Of a stretch of DNA of 64,000 nt, positions 40,650-53,100 are shown one piece after another. Position numbers and translations under genes: made by a program. Position 1 is the stretch's first letter. Every line of letters begins with the position of its first letter. The stretch lies in contig JBHGNT010000006.1 in assembly GCA_043228905.1 (NCBI GenBank), positions 5,952,001 to 6,016,000 of the forward strand. The letters run 5' to 3'. This DNA comes from Azolla caroliniana (lineage: Eukaryota; Plantae; Polypodiophyta). The notes beneath the pieces were generated by a model. The model worked only from the letters and a program-made list of their open reading frames with translations, did no database searches and was not told the DNA's origin.

Positions 40650-41421
40650 TCTTTCTCTCTCTCCCCCCTTAACGTTGAACCCCCTTGGGAGGGGGGTGGA
40701 GCCATTCTAGGCACCACCCCCCACCCCGCAATGCTTCTCAATGCTTGTCTTGCATCTTCATGATCTCTCACCATCATACCATTCATCATCTCCACCATTA
40801 CACAATGTCTATCTTCATCATCAATCATCATCATCATCATTCTCATTAACCCTAACCCTAAAAACCTACCACACTTTTGATTACATCATAATCAAACCAC
40901 CCTCAATATCTTTTGTTTGTTGTCCTACTACCTTGACGTAGCACTAAGAAGAAGCTAGGAATCAAAACACCCTCAATATCTTTGGTTTTTTGTCTCGCTT
41001 CTAGCCTAACATAGGAATCTCAGGCCTCGTCCATCATAGCAAAAGACGTTGTACCAAAGTTTAGGAGCATGTTTCAGATTGTACAAGCTCTTTGTTGAGC
41101 GGCAAGCTCAACCGGAGCTGGATCGGCTGAATAAGCCGGAGCCGGTAAGCGAGACGGATCGGGCGAAACGGATCGGTATGACGGTGAGCAACCGAACCGG
41201 CAAGCAGTGGAGGCCGGGTACAACCAGAAGTCCAATCGGAAGCCTAGTATAGGATAGCCTACTAGGTAGCTATAGTCTCGTAGTAAGTGTCAGATGCTCA
41301 TGTGAGCATTGAAGTACATGGTACTTCTGTCAGTCCCAAGAGGACTTGTATAAATAATGCTACTTAGCATAGTGTGTGTACAGAGTCTTGATATAATTTT
41401 GAAATTGTGTTCTACTCTCTT

Positions 41422-41480
<59 letters not shown>

Positions 41481-41944
41481 TGTTCTCTGTTTTACGCTGT
41501 CGCGAAGATTCGCGCGTGCGTGTGCTACTCGAGCGACCACCGGGGTCTTGGACTGGGGAGGATGTTCGCGGAATTATCGAAGAGATGACGATCAATGTAA
41601 GATTAGACGGAATTTGTTCACTTGAGAAGAAGAAAGCTTGTACACTTGAGAAGTAGAAAATAATGAAGAAGATAAAGACAAATATTATATTGATGATAAT
41701 GGTGTTGGTGATATCACATATTGAGCCCCCCTTACACAAGCCCAACTAGAGGCTTTTATAGGTCTTTCCATGCTCGTGACATGCACAAAACTATGGGCTA
41801 AAACCATGGTTTTGTGCACACGGTTTTGCTTATGTCATGCACAAACCATGGGTTTAAAACCATGGTTTTGTGCACATGGTTTTCTATGGTTGTTTTGTCT
41901 ATAATTTGTATATGAAAAGGAAATACATATAATCTACACTATAT

Positions 41945-42015
41945 GATAGTTGTCCTAGTGGTAAGGCAATTATCTTGTATCTTAGAGGTGCAAGGTTCAA
42001 TCCTTGCTTGCACCC
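41945..42015 (+). promoter_or_regulatory. tRNA-like Pol III type-2 promoter (A box + B box) in the 3' LTR
   Basis: A box TGTCCTAGTGG at 41951-41961; B box GGTTCAATCC at 41994-42003; tRNA-like spacing; T-arm hairpin GCAAGG-TTCAAT-CCTTGC. Confidence 0.65.
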
Positions 42016-42226
42016 CTCTGTATGAACTCAAGTGCCATTAGGCTAGGTTTATTTGCTAAGTGCATGTGCAATGTTGCACATCCTTGGTTTATTCGTCTCA
42101 CTCGGTTTCACACCGTAGCCGAAAATCGTCACGACATCCACCCCCACCAAACCCGCACATCCTCCGGTATGTGCCGAGAAAGGTGAAGAGGTGAGATCTT
42201 TGGCAACGGTGATCAACCGAGTTCCT

Positions 42227-44325
42227 CTACACGCTCGTCGACTTCGTCTTCCACTTCGAGTATGCGCAATCTTTCCAACCGAACCACCGTAGCCACCCGA
42301 TCCACCATATCCGGCGCTCACACCTTCTTCCCCGATCGGTTGTAGTAGATCTACCGAACGATGTCGTCGATACGACCGCTCTTCCTTCGTCCACCGCGCG
42401 TGTCCTTCGATTGGACTCCTGGCCACTCCTCACGCTCACCGTCTTCAACTGGGTATTGTAGATCGTTCGTGTCGATCTCCGATTAGGCCGGGTTTGCCCT
42501 TGTCCGGATCGGTCTCCACCGATCGCTTCTTGGCTTGGTTGGCCTTCGTCTGCATTCACATTTCCCCGAGTCGGGCTCGACCGATTGATTCTGGCTGGGT
42601 CGGCCCCCTTCTGGATCGGAATCGTCTGATCGATTTTCGCCGAATCAGGTTTCGGCCGGGTCGGCCCCGGTCGATCGGCTCCCATGTGGATCTTCCTTCG
42701 TTCGGGTCGGAATCCCGGCCGGATCGTCTTCCGGTTCAACCGGTTCTCGACTCTTCCTTCCTTCCCGCATGCAACCTCTCCATCGAACTCAACCGCAGCT
42801 TCATCCTTGGCCTCCACGTCGGCCATATCCTTCCCTCCATGTATGCTCGCCTCGAGCCATATTGTCTCCTCTTCGCCACCTCCTTTATCTTCGGTCTTAT
42901 GTCGACACACGGTCTCGACTGCCGAAGTCTGCGGAACCAGTGTGAAGGAATCCCTTCGCTCATGCACATTTTTACCTTGTCTTCTTCATCGCCCTTCCGG
43001 TCGTCCTCTTTTTTGTCCACACATTCCGTCTCTCCGGTCTCACGTTGGCGCACGTGCACAACCGCCGAAGTCTCTAGAATAGGTGTGGGGATATCCTTTC
43101 TTCCTTGATCTTCTTCCTCTTTGTGTTGGGCCTTTGTCTTCCCGTCACCACCTTCCGTCTCTCCGGTCTCACGTTGGCACATGGGTGCAACCGCCGAAGT
43201 CTCTGGAACAATCGTGGAGAAAGTCTTGACATGGCTATCCGTTGTCGACTCGTCCATAGCCACCTCCGACTCGATGTCGTTTGTCATGGCTACCTCCTCA
43301 ATCTCTTCAGACTCAAACACTTTTCCTCCCTCGATCATGCAAGCTTTTCTCATGCTTGCGTCGTCATCACCCGATGTTTCGTACACAATGCGTGTTCCGA
43401 AACATTTATCCTCCCTCGAAGTGGCGTTCGCCGTCCTCGAGTCATCGGCCTCCTCCTTCGCCGTCGTTTCTTTGTAAGACAAGAAGGTGACTTGTTTCAC
43501 ACCTTCTCTCTCGGTACCGTCATACCGAACTAGAGCCTTTGTATCGGCCACTTCATTAACCCGCATTTGTTGGGAGGTCTCTTCTTCCTCGATCACCATT
43601 CGCCTCGGTTTTGTCTCCCTTCTAAGCTTCATTTCTTTTGTTGGTGGTGCGTTGTTGCATCTCGTCCCTCTTCGATCGTCCCTCATGGGCCGTCTTGTTG
43701 TCGTCGATATTCTCGCTTGCCCCTTATCGTGTAGTCGGCATACACTTTCCACTTTGCTCCAATCCTCGATGAGTCCATTTGCACCGTCATCTTCTTCGAG
43801 TTTGAGGCCGATCGCCATCCTTTCCATTCGATCGATTGACTTCACGAACATAAGGACCTTATCGACCCCCACCAATCTTTGTTCCCGCTCCGACAATTGA
43901 GAAAAATGATGCTCGAAGTCTACGAATGCTTGTGTCGCACCTTGGTAGGTCTTCGCTGATGTCACCCATTGGTCGAAGTTGCGTCGATCTTGTCCCTTTA
44001 GTCTCTCATAGTCATATTCCTCCAATAGAGCCTTCTCGAAAGTCGCCCACGAATCATGAGCTTCTAGAAGCTCTTCTACATCTTTGAAGATCGGTTGAGA
44101 CACCACCCGACAAAAGTACTCTAGCCTCATAGCTTTGTCCACACCTCTTGAATCCATCTCCGCATTGTAGACTTTTAGGAAACTTTGGACATCGGCGCCG
44201 TTGAAATAGCTCATTCGTTCGACTACTTTGTCGACGGCTTGTTGGGCTTCATTTCTTCTTTTCTCTTCTCTCAGAAACTCCATCATCCTTCTTGCCATTG
44301 CCTCCATGAGATATTCGCCATCCAT
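42227..44325 (-). CDS. Gag-like protein with a long acidic, repetitive tail (ORF 44325-42736, probably continued in the -1 frame by 42967-42227)
   Basis: N-terminus FNGADVQSFLKVYNAEM..SWATFEKALLEEY resembles a retrotransposon capsid. No PR/RT/RH/IN motifs. A (P/L)(E/Q)TSAV..(C/R).(R/H).T repeat occurs twice in ORF1 and once in the overlapping ORF2. Confidence 0.7.
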
Positions 44326-44816
44326 CTTCGTCCTCCCCTGCTGCTCTTCACGTCGGGTTCACCAAATGATGTCGCGAAGATTCGCGCGTGCGTGTGCTAC
44401 TCGAGCGACCACCGGGGTCTTGGACTGGGGAGGATGTTCGCGGAATTATCGAAGAGATGACGATCAATGTAAGATTAGACGGAATTTGTTCACTTGAGAA
44501 GAAGAAAGCTTGTACACTTGAGAAGTAGAAAATAATGAAGAAGATAAAGACAAATATTATATTGATGATAATGGTGTTGGTGATATCACATATTGAGCCC
44601 CCCTTACACAAGCCCAACTAGAGGCTTTTATAGGTCTTTCCATGCTCGTGACATGCACAAAACTATGGGCTAAAACCATGGTTTTGTGCACACGGTTTTG
44701 CTTATGTCATGCACAAACCATGGGTTTAAAACCATGGTTTTGTGCACATGGTTTTCTATGGTTGTTTCGTCTATAATTTGTATATGAAAAGGAAATACAT
44801 ATAATCTACACTATAT

Positions 44817-44887
44817 GATAGTTGTCCTAGTGGTAAGGCAATTATCTTGTATCTTAGAGGTGCAAGGTTCAATCCTTGCTTGCACCC
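44817..44887 (+). promoter_or_regulatory. tRNA-like Pol III type-2 promoter (A box + B box) in the 5' LTR
   Basis: Identical copy of 41945-42015; A box at 44823. Confidence 0.65.
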
Positions 44888-45129
44888 CTCTGTATGAACT
44901 CAAGTGCCATTAGGCTAGGTTTATTTGCTAAGTGCATGTGCAATGTTGCACATCCTTGGTTTATTCGTCTCACTCGGTTTCACACCGTAGCCGAAAATCG
45001 TCACGACAACGCTTCCGCAAACACTTACGTTTACATGGTATCAGAGCGCGAGGGTTGAGAACCTCTGCTGCAGACATTTACTCTTGAGAAGAAAACCCTA
45101 ACAGGTCGAAAACAGACACAGTAGAAGAC

Positions 45130-48100
45130 ATGGATAGAGGCATGACTACGTCGCTCCCGGTGGAGAAGCTCGACAGGAGCAACTACGCATCTTGGTCTTA
45201 CAAGATGCACCAATACCTGCTTGGACACGGGTACTAGAGTTATGTCGAAGGAGCGAATGATGCGGCGCCAGACTCGGCACACAAGGACTTCCCGGTATGG
45301 GAACAAGCGGCAAGCAGGGTGATGTACTGCTTCGCGTCCAGTGTCGGCGATTAGCTGCTCAGCCACATCTGTGACGCCAAGACACCGAAGGATGCTTGGG
45401 GGAACCTGAAAAAGGTTTTCGCCGCAACCACCACTGCTCGGAAGCTGCAACTCAGACAGGAGTTGAGCAATGTTCGACAGAAGAACATGTCCGTGGCAGA
45501 CTACACGGGCCGGATAAAGGAGATCTGCGACTCGCTCGCCTCTATCAATGTTACCGTAGAGGAAGACGAGATGGTGCAGGTATGTCTCGGAGGCCTGGCA
45601 TCCAAGTTCGGAGCGTTCCGAACTACGGTGTGTACAAGGGAGAATACCCCCTCATTCTTCGACTTATAGTCGATGCTCCTTGTAGAGGAGAACCACGCCG
45701 GTGCATCTAACAGTGCATCCCCGGACAGCCGAATGTTGTACACGGGAACGGATCGGCTCCGTGGGCGTGGTGGAAGAGGTGGGTCGGCACGCAATGGAGG
45801 CGGCCGACAAGAACAGGAACGGAGGCACTATGAGCGTGCCGACAGCAGTTCCAGGACTTCCACAATTAGGGGGAGTCAAGGCGGTGCCGAAGACCGGCAA
45901 GACAAATCCGCTACGGAATGCTGGTACTATGGCAAAAAAGGCCACAGGGAAAGCGAGTGCTGGAGAAAGCGTGCCGATTTGGACAAATCCGGATCCGCCA
46001 AGACCGGTAAGGATGGCCGGCAAAACTCGCACTACGCAAACGGATCAGGAGGATCCGGAAACGGAAAGGCCGGTAAGGGGCCAGCCTTGGTGATGAATCA
46101 CAAGGCAAACTCAATGAAGAAGACCACTTCCAAAACGGAGGAAGTGTGGTATGTTGATTCCGGCGCGTCGAACCACATGACGAGCCACAAAGAGTGGTTC
46201 TCCTTTTTGGAGAAACCGGATCAACCATGAGTAGTCGAAACCGGAGACGACACTCCTCACCGAATCGTGCACGTCGGAGAAGTTCCTCTAAGCCACGTCG
46301 GACAGAAAGGGAAGCTGATGAACTTATTACACGTTCCGACAATCACAAAGAACCTGGTGTCCGTCGGTCAGATTGTCGACTAGGGGATGCTGGTGCGGTT
46401 TACGCACCTCGGGTGCTTCATTGAGGATGAGGGCGAAGTTATTGCGCAAGGGCGCAGAGACGGGAGGATGTTTATCCTCAACACCAATGACTTTGGCACC
46501 GCTCTGTTCGCGAAACGACAGAAGGTCGAGTCGGACATCAACCTGTGGCACAAGCGGATAGGCCACGTCAACTACCGGAGGCTTCAAGACCTGCAAACGA
46601 AACAAGTCGTTTTCGGTTTGCCGAAGTTCAGCGGCCGGAGAGCCGAAATTTGTGAAGCCTGCCAACTTGGGAAGTAACACCGGCTTCCATTCCCCACCGA
46701 ACGGAACCGGATCTATAACAAGCTCGATCTCATCCATTCGGATGTGTGGGGACCGGCACAAAGTGTAAGCCTTGGCGGGAGCCGATACTTCGTCTCCTTC
46801 ATCGACAACTGTACTCGACATACTTGGATCAACCTCATTGAGCGGAAGAGCGAAGTCTTCGACTGTTTCCGGAGCCTCTAGAAGATGGTGGAACGGGAAT
46901 CGGAGAGGAAGATCAAATGCCTTTGGTCGGATGGCGGAAAGGAATATTTTCCTGGCCAATTCACTAGTTATCTGCAGCAGAAGGGAATTCGGCGAGAGTT
47001 CAGCTGCAGATACACACCGGAGCAAAATGGTGTGGCCGAAAGGAAGAATCGGACACTCGTCGAAGCGGCAAGGGCAATGTTGGAGGAGAAGAGCATGCCC
47101 CGGTTCTACTAGGCGGAGGCGGTCCAGACGGTCGTCTACATACAAAACCGCATTGGTGACAAGGTGTCAGCTCATGAGCTGTATTTCGGGCGCAAGCCGA
47201 ACTTAAGACACGTTCGGATATTCGGCAACATAGCGTATGTGCATGTGCCGGATCAGAAGCGGAGAAAGCTGGATGCAAAATCGGAAAAATGCATCCTAGT
47301 CGGCTATGCTCAAGAGCAAAAGGGGTATAAGTGCTATAACCCCCGGACGAAGGAAGTCCGAGTTAGCCGGTATGTCGAGTTCGATGAATCGGCATCCTGG
47401 TACTCCGTACCGACTCTGACTTCCGATGCCGACCCAATGCCGGAAGATCAGGCGAGTGAGCCTGAATCAGCCCTGGCAGAGGATGATGAAGCCGGGACTC
47501 AAGATGAGAGTCCGGAATCGTTTCGGTTGAGTGGACCGAAGGAGCGACTGAGTCGGTTGGACCGGTCGGATGAAGAGATGGCAAGTGTGGAGACTCTGCC
47601 GTGCTCTCCCCGCGCAAGGAACCGAGGAAACGGTTCACGCGCAAAGAGAAGGGGAAGAGGAAGATGCCAGAATTCGAAACCGGCAAAGATGAGTCGGATC
47701 GGTGCGTATCCGACTCCGGAAAGGAGAAAGGCAGATCTTCGGCAACAAAGACCGAACTGGCCAAGAAGGGCCTCAAATCAGGTGACGGTGCGTTGCGCCG
47801 ATCAACCCGTCAGAAGGATCCCGTCGTGCGGTACGGGTACAATGAATACATGGCGCATCATTATGTGTACATGACTAAGGTGACAGAAGTGCGTGAGCCG
47901 GAGAGCTACGCAGAAGCGGCAAAGGACACAAATTGGCGTGCCGCTATGGACGAAGAAATGCGGGCACTCGATGCCAACGAAACTTGGGACCTAGTTGATC
48001 CTCCCTGTCACTGTAAACCGATCGGATGCAAGTGGGTGTACAAGGTCAAGTACAACGCCGACGGTTCTGTTAACCGGTACAAAGCCCGGTTAGTGGCGAA

Positions 48101-50177
48101 GGGATATGCGCAGACCCACGGAATCGACTACGACAAGACCTTCGCTCCTGTGACGAAGATGACGACGGTTCGTATGGTACTGGCGGTTGCTGTGGCAAGG
48201 GGGTGGCATCTTCACCAGATGGATGTGAAGAACGCCTTCCTTCAAGGAGAGCTTGAAGAAGAAGCCTTTATGACTCAGCCCCCCGGATTTCAATCGGAGA
48301 TGAACAAATCGGCGGTATGCCGACGGAAGAAGTCACTTTACGGCTTGAAGCAAGCCCCCCAAGCTTGGAACGCGAAGATCATGCACCGGTTGCATCAGCT
48401 AGGGTTTGCTGTCTCTAAGTCGGACTCTTCGTTGTTCATCCGGCAAGGCTCTGACGGTCCGGTATGTATACTCTTGTATGTGGATGATTTAGTCATCACC
48501 GGACCGGGTCTTCCCGAAATCAATCGCGTCAAGTCCCAGTTGTTGGACGCATTCGAAATGAAGGACTTGGGGGACCTTCATTATTTTCTTGGGATTGAAG
48601 TGATCTGGACCCCCGACGGCATATTGCTCTCACAACGACATTACGTGTTGAATATGCTGTATAAGTTCGGCATGACGGATTGCCGACCTGTCTCCACACC
48701 CCTGGACCGGAACCAGAAGCTCCGTCCCAACTCTGAACCGGCCTGCAATGAGAAACGGTTCCGACAGGTTGTCGGAAGCCTGATCTACTTAACCATCACC
48801 CGACCCGACATCAGCTAATATGCGGTCGGCATGATAAGCCAGTTCATGCAGAAGCCGACCGTGGAGCACCTTCAGTGCGCGCAACGAATATTACGGTATG
48901 TCAGCGGCACTAAGGACCGGGGACTGCTATACCGGCGAGGTATACCCGAAGAGCTTGTCGGTTACACAGATGCTGACTGGGCCGACGATGCGTCTGATCA
49001 CCGCTCCACTTTCTGATACATGTTCTCCATAGGTAGCGCGGCCGTTGCGTGGAGCAGCAAGAAGCAACCCACAGTGGTTTTGTCAAGCATTGAGGCTGAG
49101 TACCGGGCCGCTACCGTTGCCACTTGTGAAGCCATCTGGCTTCGGCGACTGCTGCGAGACTTGCGGATCGAGGTACCGACCCCGATCCCGATTTACTGTG
49201 ATAACATGAGCAGCCTACAGCTCGCCAGGAACCCTGTGTTCCATGCTCGCACAAAGCACATCGAGGTGCACTACCACTTCGTGCGTGAGCGGGTCCTGAG
49301 CGGTGAAGTTGACCTAGTACGGTATGTTCATACAGATCGGCAAGTTGCCGACATCTTCACCAAGCCGCTCGGATCGGACAAGTTGCAGCACTTTACCGAC
49401 ATGCTTGGTATTCAGCATCTCGACGTGCCGCACTTGAGGGGGAGAAGCAAGGGCAAAGTCTTTATCGAAACGGGCAAAGGCCAAAAAACTGTTGCACCCG
49501 TCGGTAAGAGGAGAGCCGGAAGAAGAGGAGACAAGAAGATGAAGGAAGCCGAGTCAACGAAGGAAGTCGACACATCCGAACAGGTCGGAGCAAGCGGCTG
49601 TGAAGAAGAATTGTGCACTCAGGAAGAGAAGTGCATGCTGTGCGGAGGTCATCACGACGGTACTGACCATGATGCGGAGTCGAATGAAGAATTCGATTTC
49701 AGTTCACCGGCTGAAGAAGCCGAGGGAAGCATGGAGAAGGCCAAGAGTCGGAAGTGGTCCGATGTGGTGAGAGGCCTGAAGCCGGAAGTCGAATCGGAGT
49801 GTACCGATTCAGACAAGAGCTGGAACGAGTCGGAGACAGCTGACTCGGATCAACAGATGGATCCGGATGAGTTGGATCGACTGAAGACCAAGGGGACACG
49901 GACACAGCGGAAGTCGATGCCATCGTGGGAGAACCGATGGATCGGCAAGCGCCGGAGTCATAGCAACGTGAGTGCTGAGATGGGCCTATTGAGCAGACAT
50001 GCCGACCGAGAGGGTCGAGGCGCGCAGAACCAAAGGGGTCGCGGCAAACGGGACCGGACCGGACGAGGAGCGCGAGCAAGGCGGAGTGACGCCAGGAGAA
50101 GTCGGTTGGAAGAACCGACTGCCACAGAGGTCGACACTACGACCCCACCTCAGGTTGAGCTTGAGGGGGACTGTTGA
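45130..50177 (+). pseudogene. Copia gag-pol pseudogene (gag, PR, IN, RT, RNase H, plus C-terminal extension)
   Basis: Zinc knuckle CWYYGKKGHRESEC; protease WYVDSGASNHMT; LWHKRIGH..CEAC; integrase SDGGKEY and QNGVAERKNR; RT QMDVKNAFLQG and LYVDD; RNase H YTDADWA and ADIFTKPL. In-frame stops (e.g. 45235, 45667, 46381, 47110) and frameshifts (~47600, ~48820, ~49015). Confidence 0.93.
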
Positions 50178-53100
50178 GCGGCAAGCTCAACCGGAGCCGG
50201 ATCGGCTGAATAAGCCGGAGCCGGTAAGCGAGACGGATCGGTATGACGGTGAGCAACCGAACCGGCAAGCAGTGGAGGCCGGGTGCAATCCGTAACCGGA
50301 AGTCCAATCGGAAGCCTAGTATAGGATAGACTACTAGGTAGCTATAGTCTCGTAGTAAGTGTCAGATGCTCGTGTGAGCATTGAAGTACATGGTACTTCT
50401 GTCAGTCCCAAGAGGACTTGTATAAATAGTGCTACTTAGCACAGTGTGTGTACAGAGTCTTGATATAATTTTGAAATTGTGTTTTGCTCTCTCTGTCTCT
50501 CTCGCTCTCTGTCTCTCTGTCTCTCTCTCTCTCTTTGTCTCTCTCTGTGTGTTGTTCTCTGTTTTACGCTTCCGCAAACACTTACGTTTACACTCTTCTA
50601 ATTAACCTACAAATGAGGTTTTCTTACCTTTGATTCCAAAGCCCTCAAGAAGTTCTTCCAAATCACCATGAAGGAAGGCGATCTCTACGTCAAGTTGTTC
50701 AATTTCTAAATTGAGATTGGATGCAATCCCAAGTAAATTTTGATTGAAGACATCTTAAACATTGGTGGAAAAATCTCCTCAAAATCAACACCCTTTTTTT
50801 AAATTGAAGCCCTTCACAACCAATCTTGCCTTGTATCTTGGTTGTGAGCAATGTTCCTTAATCTTGAGCTTGTAAACCCATGTGTTTTTCAACACTCTCT
50901 TGCCCTTTATCAAAGAGAAAGTGGTAAGACAACAATACGGAAAAAACAAAAGCAGGTAATAATGAGAAAATAGCAAAGAGAGAGGAGATGAGCATCCAGA
51001 GGACATTGATACTTGATATATGGGACAAGATTGAGGTCATGTGAGACCGATACAGTTAATGAATTGAGGGTTGTGCCAATGGGAAGACTTGGGGCAAGTC
51101 AAAGGTATGATTATCTTACAAGGAATTCATCTCATTAGTTATGGCCTCAAAACATTTCCTTTTTTGATCATGTGCCATTGCTTCTCTAGAGCTTCCTGGC
51201 TCTACCCCATCTGTGAGCATCACATATTCATGTGGACTACGTCTAGTAGAAGCTTGTCTTTGTCTCATAGACTTTCTAACCTCTTCCTCTTATGGTGGAA
51301 CTACTGTCCAATGCTATCAACACGGTCAATTGGAATACGATGATCATGATTTTGCTCATCATCATCAACTACATCATTATACTCCTCTACATCTCCCGTG
51401 TGACCCTAAATATCTAGGGTGATTGTTGAATGTGCGGTGATTAAAAAATCAGGAGAAATCTGGTAATTCTTTTTTTTCAAGAACAAATACTACATTAGTA
51501 TTAAGAAACACCCTAAGGTTATACATAAAAGATGTGCCTTTCAGTAATGGGTTCATTTTCTAAATTCTAACCGCCAACATGTCTTTCTTTAGTCACATTT
51601 TGAAATACCTTAAAATATCGAGCCGTCTAAATATACCAAATTGTGATATTAGTTACAAATTGCCGGTTTATCATTCTCTATTTGCGGATTTAATGGTATT
51701 TTGAAATCCGGTATTTCACCCAGCTTTGGATCTTGTAAAGTCTGATCCTCAAGCAATACTACATCCCTACTTCTAGTAAGCGTTTTATTCACTGGGTCAT
51801 ATAAGTCCTATGGCCAAGTGTGAACACAAGCTTGTCATCAAGCTTGGATCTTATATCATTGTAGTCCGCATTGCTTCACCCTTGAAAGGTTTAGGCAATT
51901 TTGAATGAGACAAAATACACCTTATCATTCATTTCAGCGACACCATTGTGTTTAGGTGTTTTTAGAATACTGTCTCAAGCGTAATAGCGTGATCACGATA
52001 ATATTGCTCAAATTGACCCTGATATTCACCATCGTTATCTGCACAAATAATTTTAGCTTCCTTCTAATTTCTCTTTCAAAACTTGCAAGGAAACTCTTAA
52101 AAATCCCAAATACCTGATCTTTACATTTCAATGCAAAGCACCACATTTTCTTTGAGAAATCATCAATGAATGCAGCACCAAGCGTTCTATCTATCATATA
52201 ACACAAACCAGTATGCACCAATTCCAAAGGAAGAGATTTTCTTTTGGGGCTAAATGTTGAAAGGCAACTCTATGTTGTTTACTAATCAAACAATCGACAC
52301 AAGTTTCTGAATGCATACATGTTATTTCAGGCAAAATATTCTTCCTTGCAAAAACCTCTAGTCCTTTTGGACTCATGTGCCCATAGCTAAATAGAGACAT
52401 CCTTTCTAGCTACATTTACCTTCCACTAGATAACATAACATGCGTAAGGTATAGAGAATTCATTTTTTGACATTTTGCAATGATGAGAGAGCCTTTGGTG
52501 AACTTCCATCTTCCTTCACCAAAGTAATTTGAATGGCCCTCATTATCAAGCTTGCCTACAGAAATGATAAATCTCAATTGAACATCCAGAAATTGTCTAA
52601 CATCCTTCAATACAAGTTCTGAACCTATGTCTATCACCAAATTGACATTCTCTATGCCAACAACCTCTGTCACATCCTTGTTGGACATTTTGACTCTACC
52701 AAAATTACCACCAACATATGTTGTAAACATCTGCCGATATGGGCTAATATCATACGAGGCTCTTTAGTGAATAATTCAATTAGTTTGTTAGCATGATAAA
52801 CCGACACAAACATCATTACGAATAATGATAATTTCACCATCGCATGTGGCTGTTGTAAGGTCATGTTTCTTATTGTTTCATTCTTTTGGTCTCGCTTCTT
52901 TCCACAATTTCTTTCATAGGGATTTGATTGATCAACCCTTGAAATACATTTAGGTGCTCTGCCATACTAGAGTCATCGTGATATCTTAATCTTATTATAT
53001 TTTTGAATACAAATACTTTGTTTAATGCATTCTTAGTTTTAAACATACCCCCAAATTTCTTCCACAAAACATCAACTTTGGTTTCATCATCAAAGCTATT

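Larger units (their letters stand above)
41498..45008 (-). mobile_element. Young Gag-only LTR retrotransposon (Ty3/gypsy-like, non-autonomous) nested in the Copia 5' LTR
   Basis: 639-bp LTRs at 41498-42136 and 44370-45008 (TG..CA; I saw one substitution, 41896 vs 44768). 4-bp TSD ACGC. PBS 44364-44347 complementary to the tRNA-Trp 3' end. PPT GGTGGGGGTGGA at 42148-42137. TATA on the minus strand at ~41760 and ~44632. Confidence 0.93.
41093..50592 (+). mobile_element. Full-length but disabled Ty1/copia LTR retrotransposon
   Basis: 5' LTR 41093-41497 plus 45013-45035; 3' LTR 50172-50592; TSD CTCTT (41088-41092 and 50593-50597); Met-i PBS TGGTATCAGAGC at 45036; PPT at 50162-50170. Confidence 0.96.

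Noticed and set aside
40848-40866. Telomere-like aaccctaaccctaaaa
   Set aside because: Only about two units within TE debris.
41945-42015. Functional tRNA gene
   Set aside because: The acceptor and anticodon stems do not pair; reported only as a tRNA-like promoter module.
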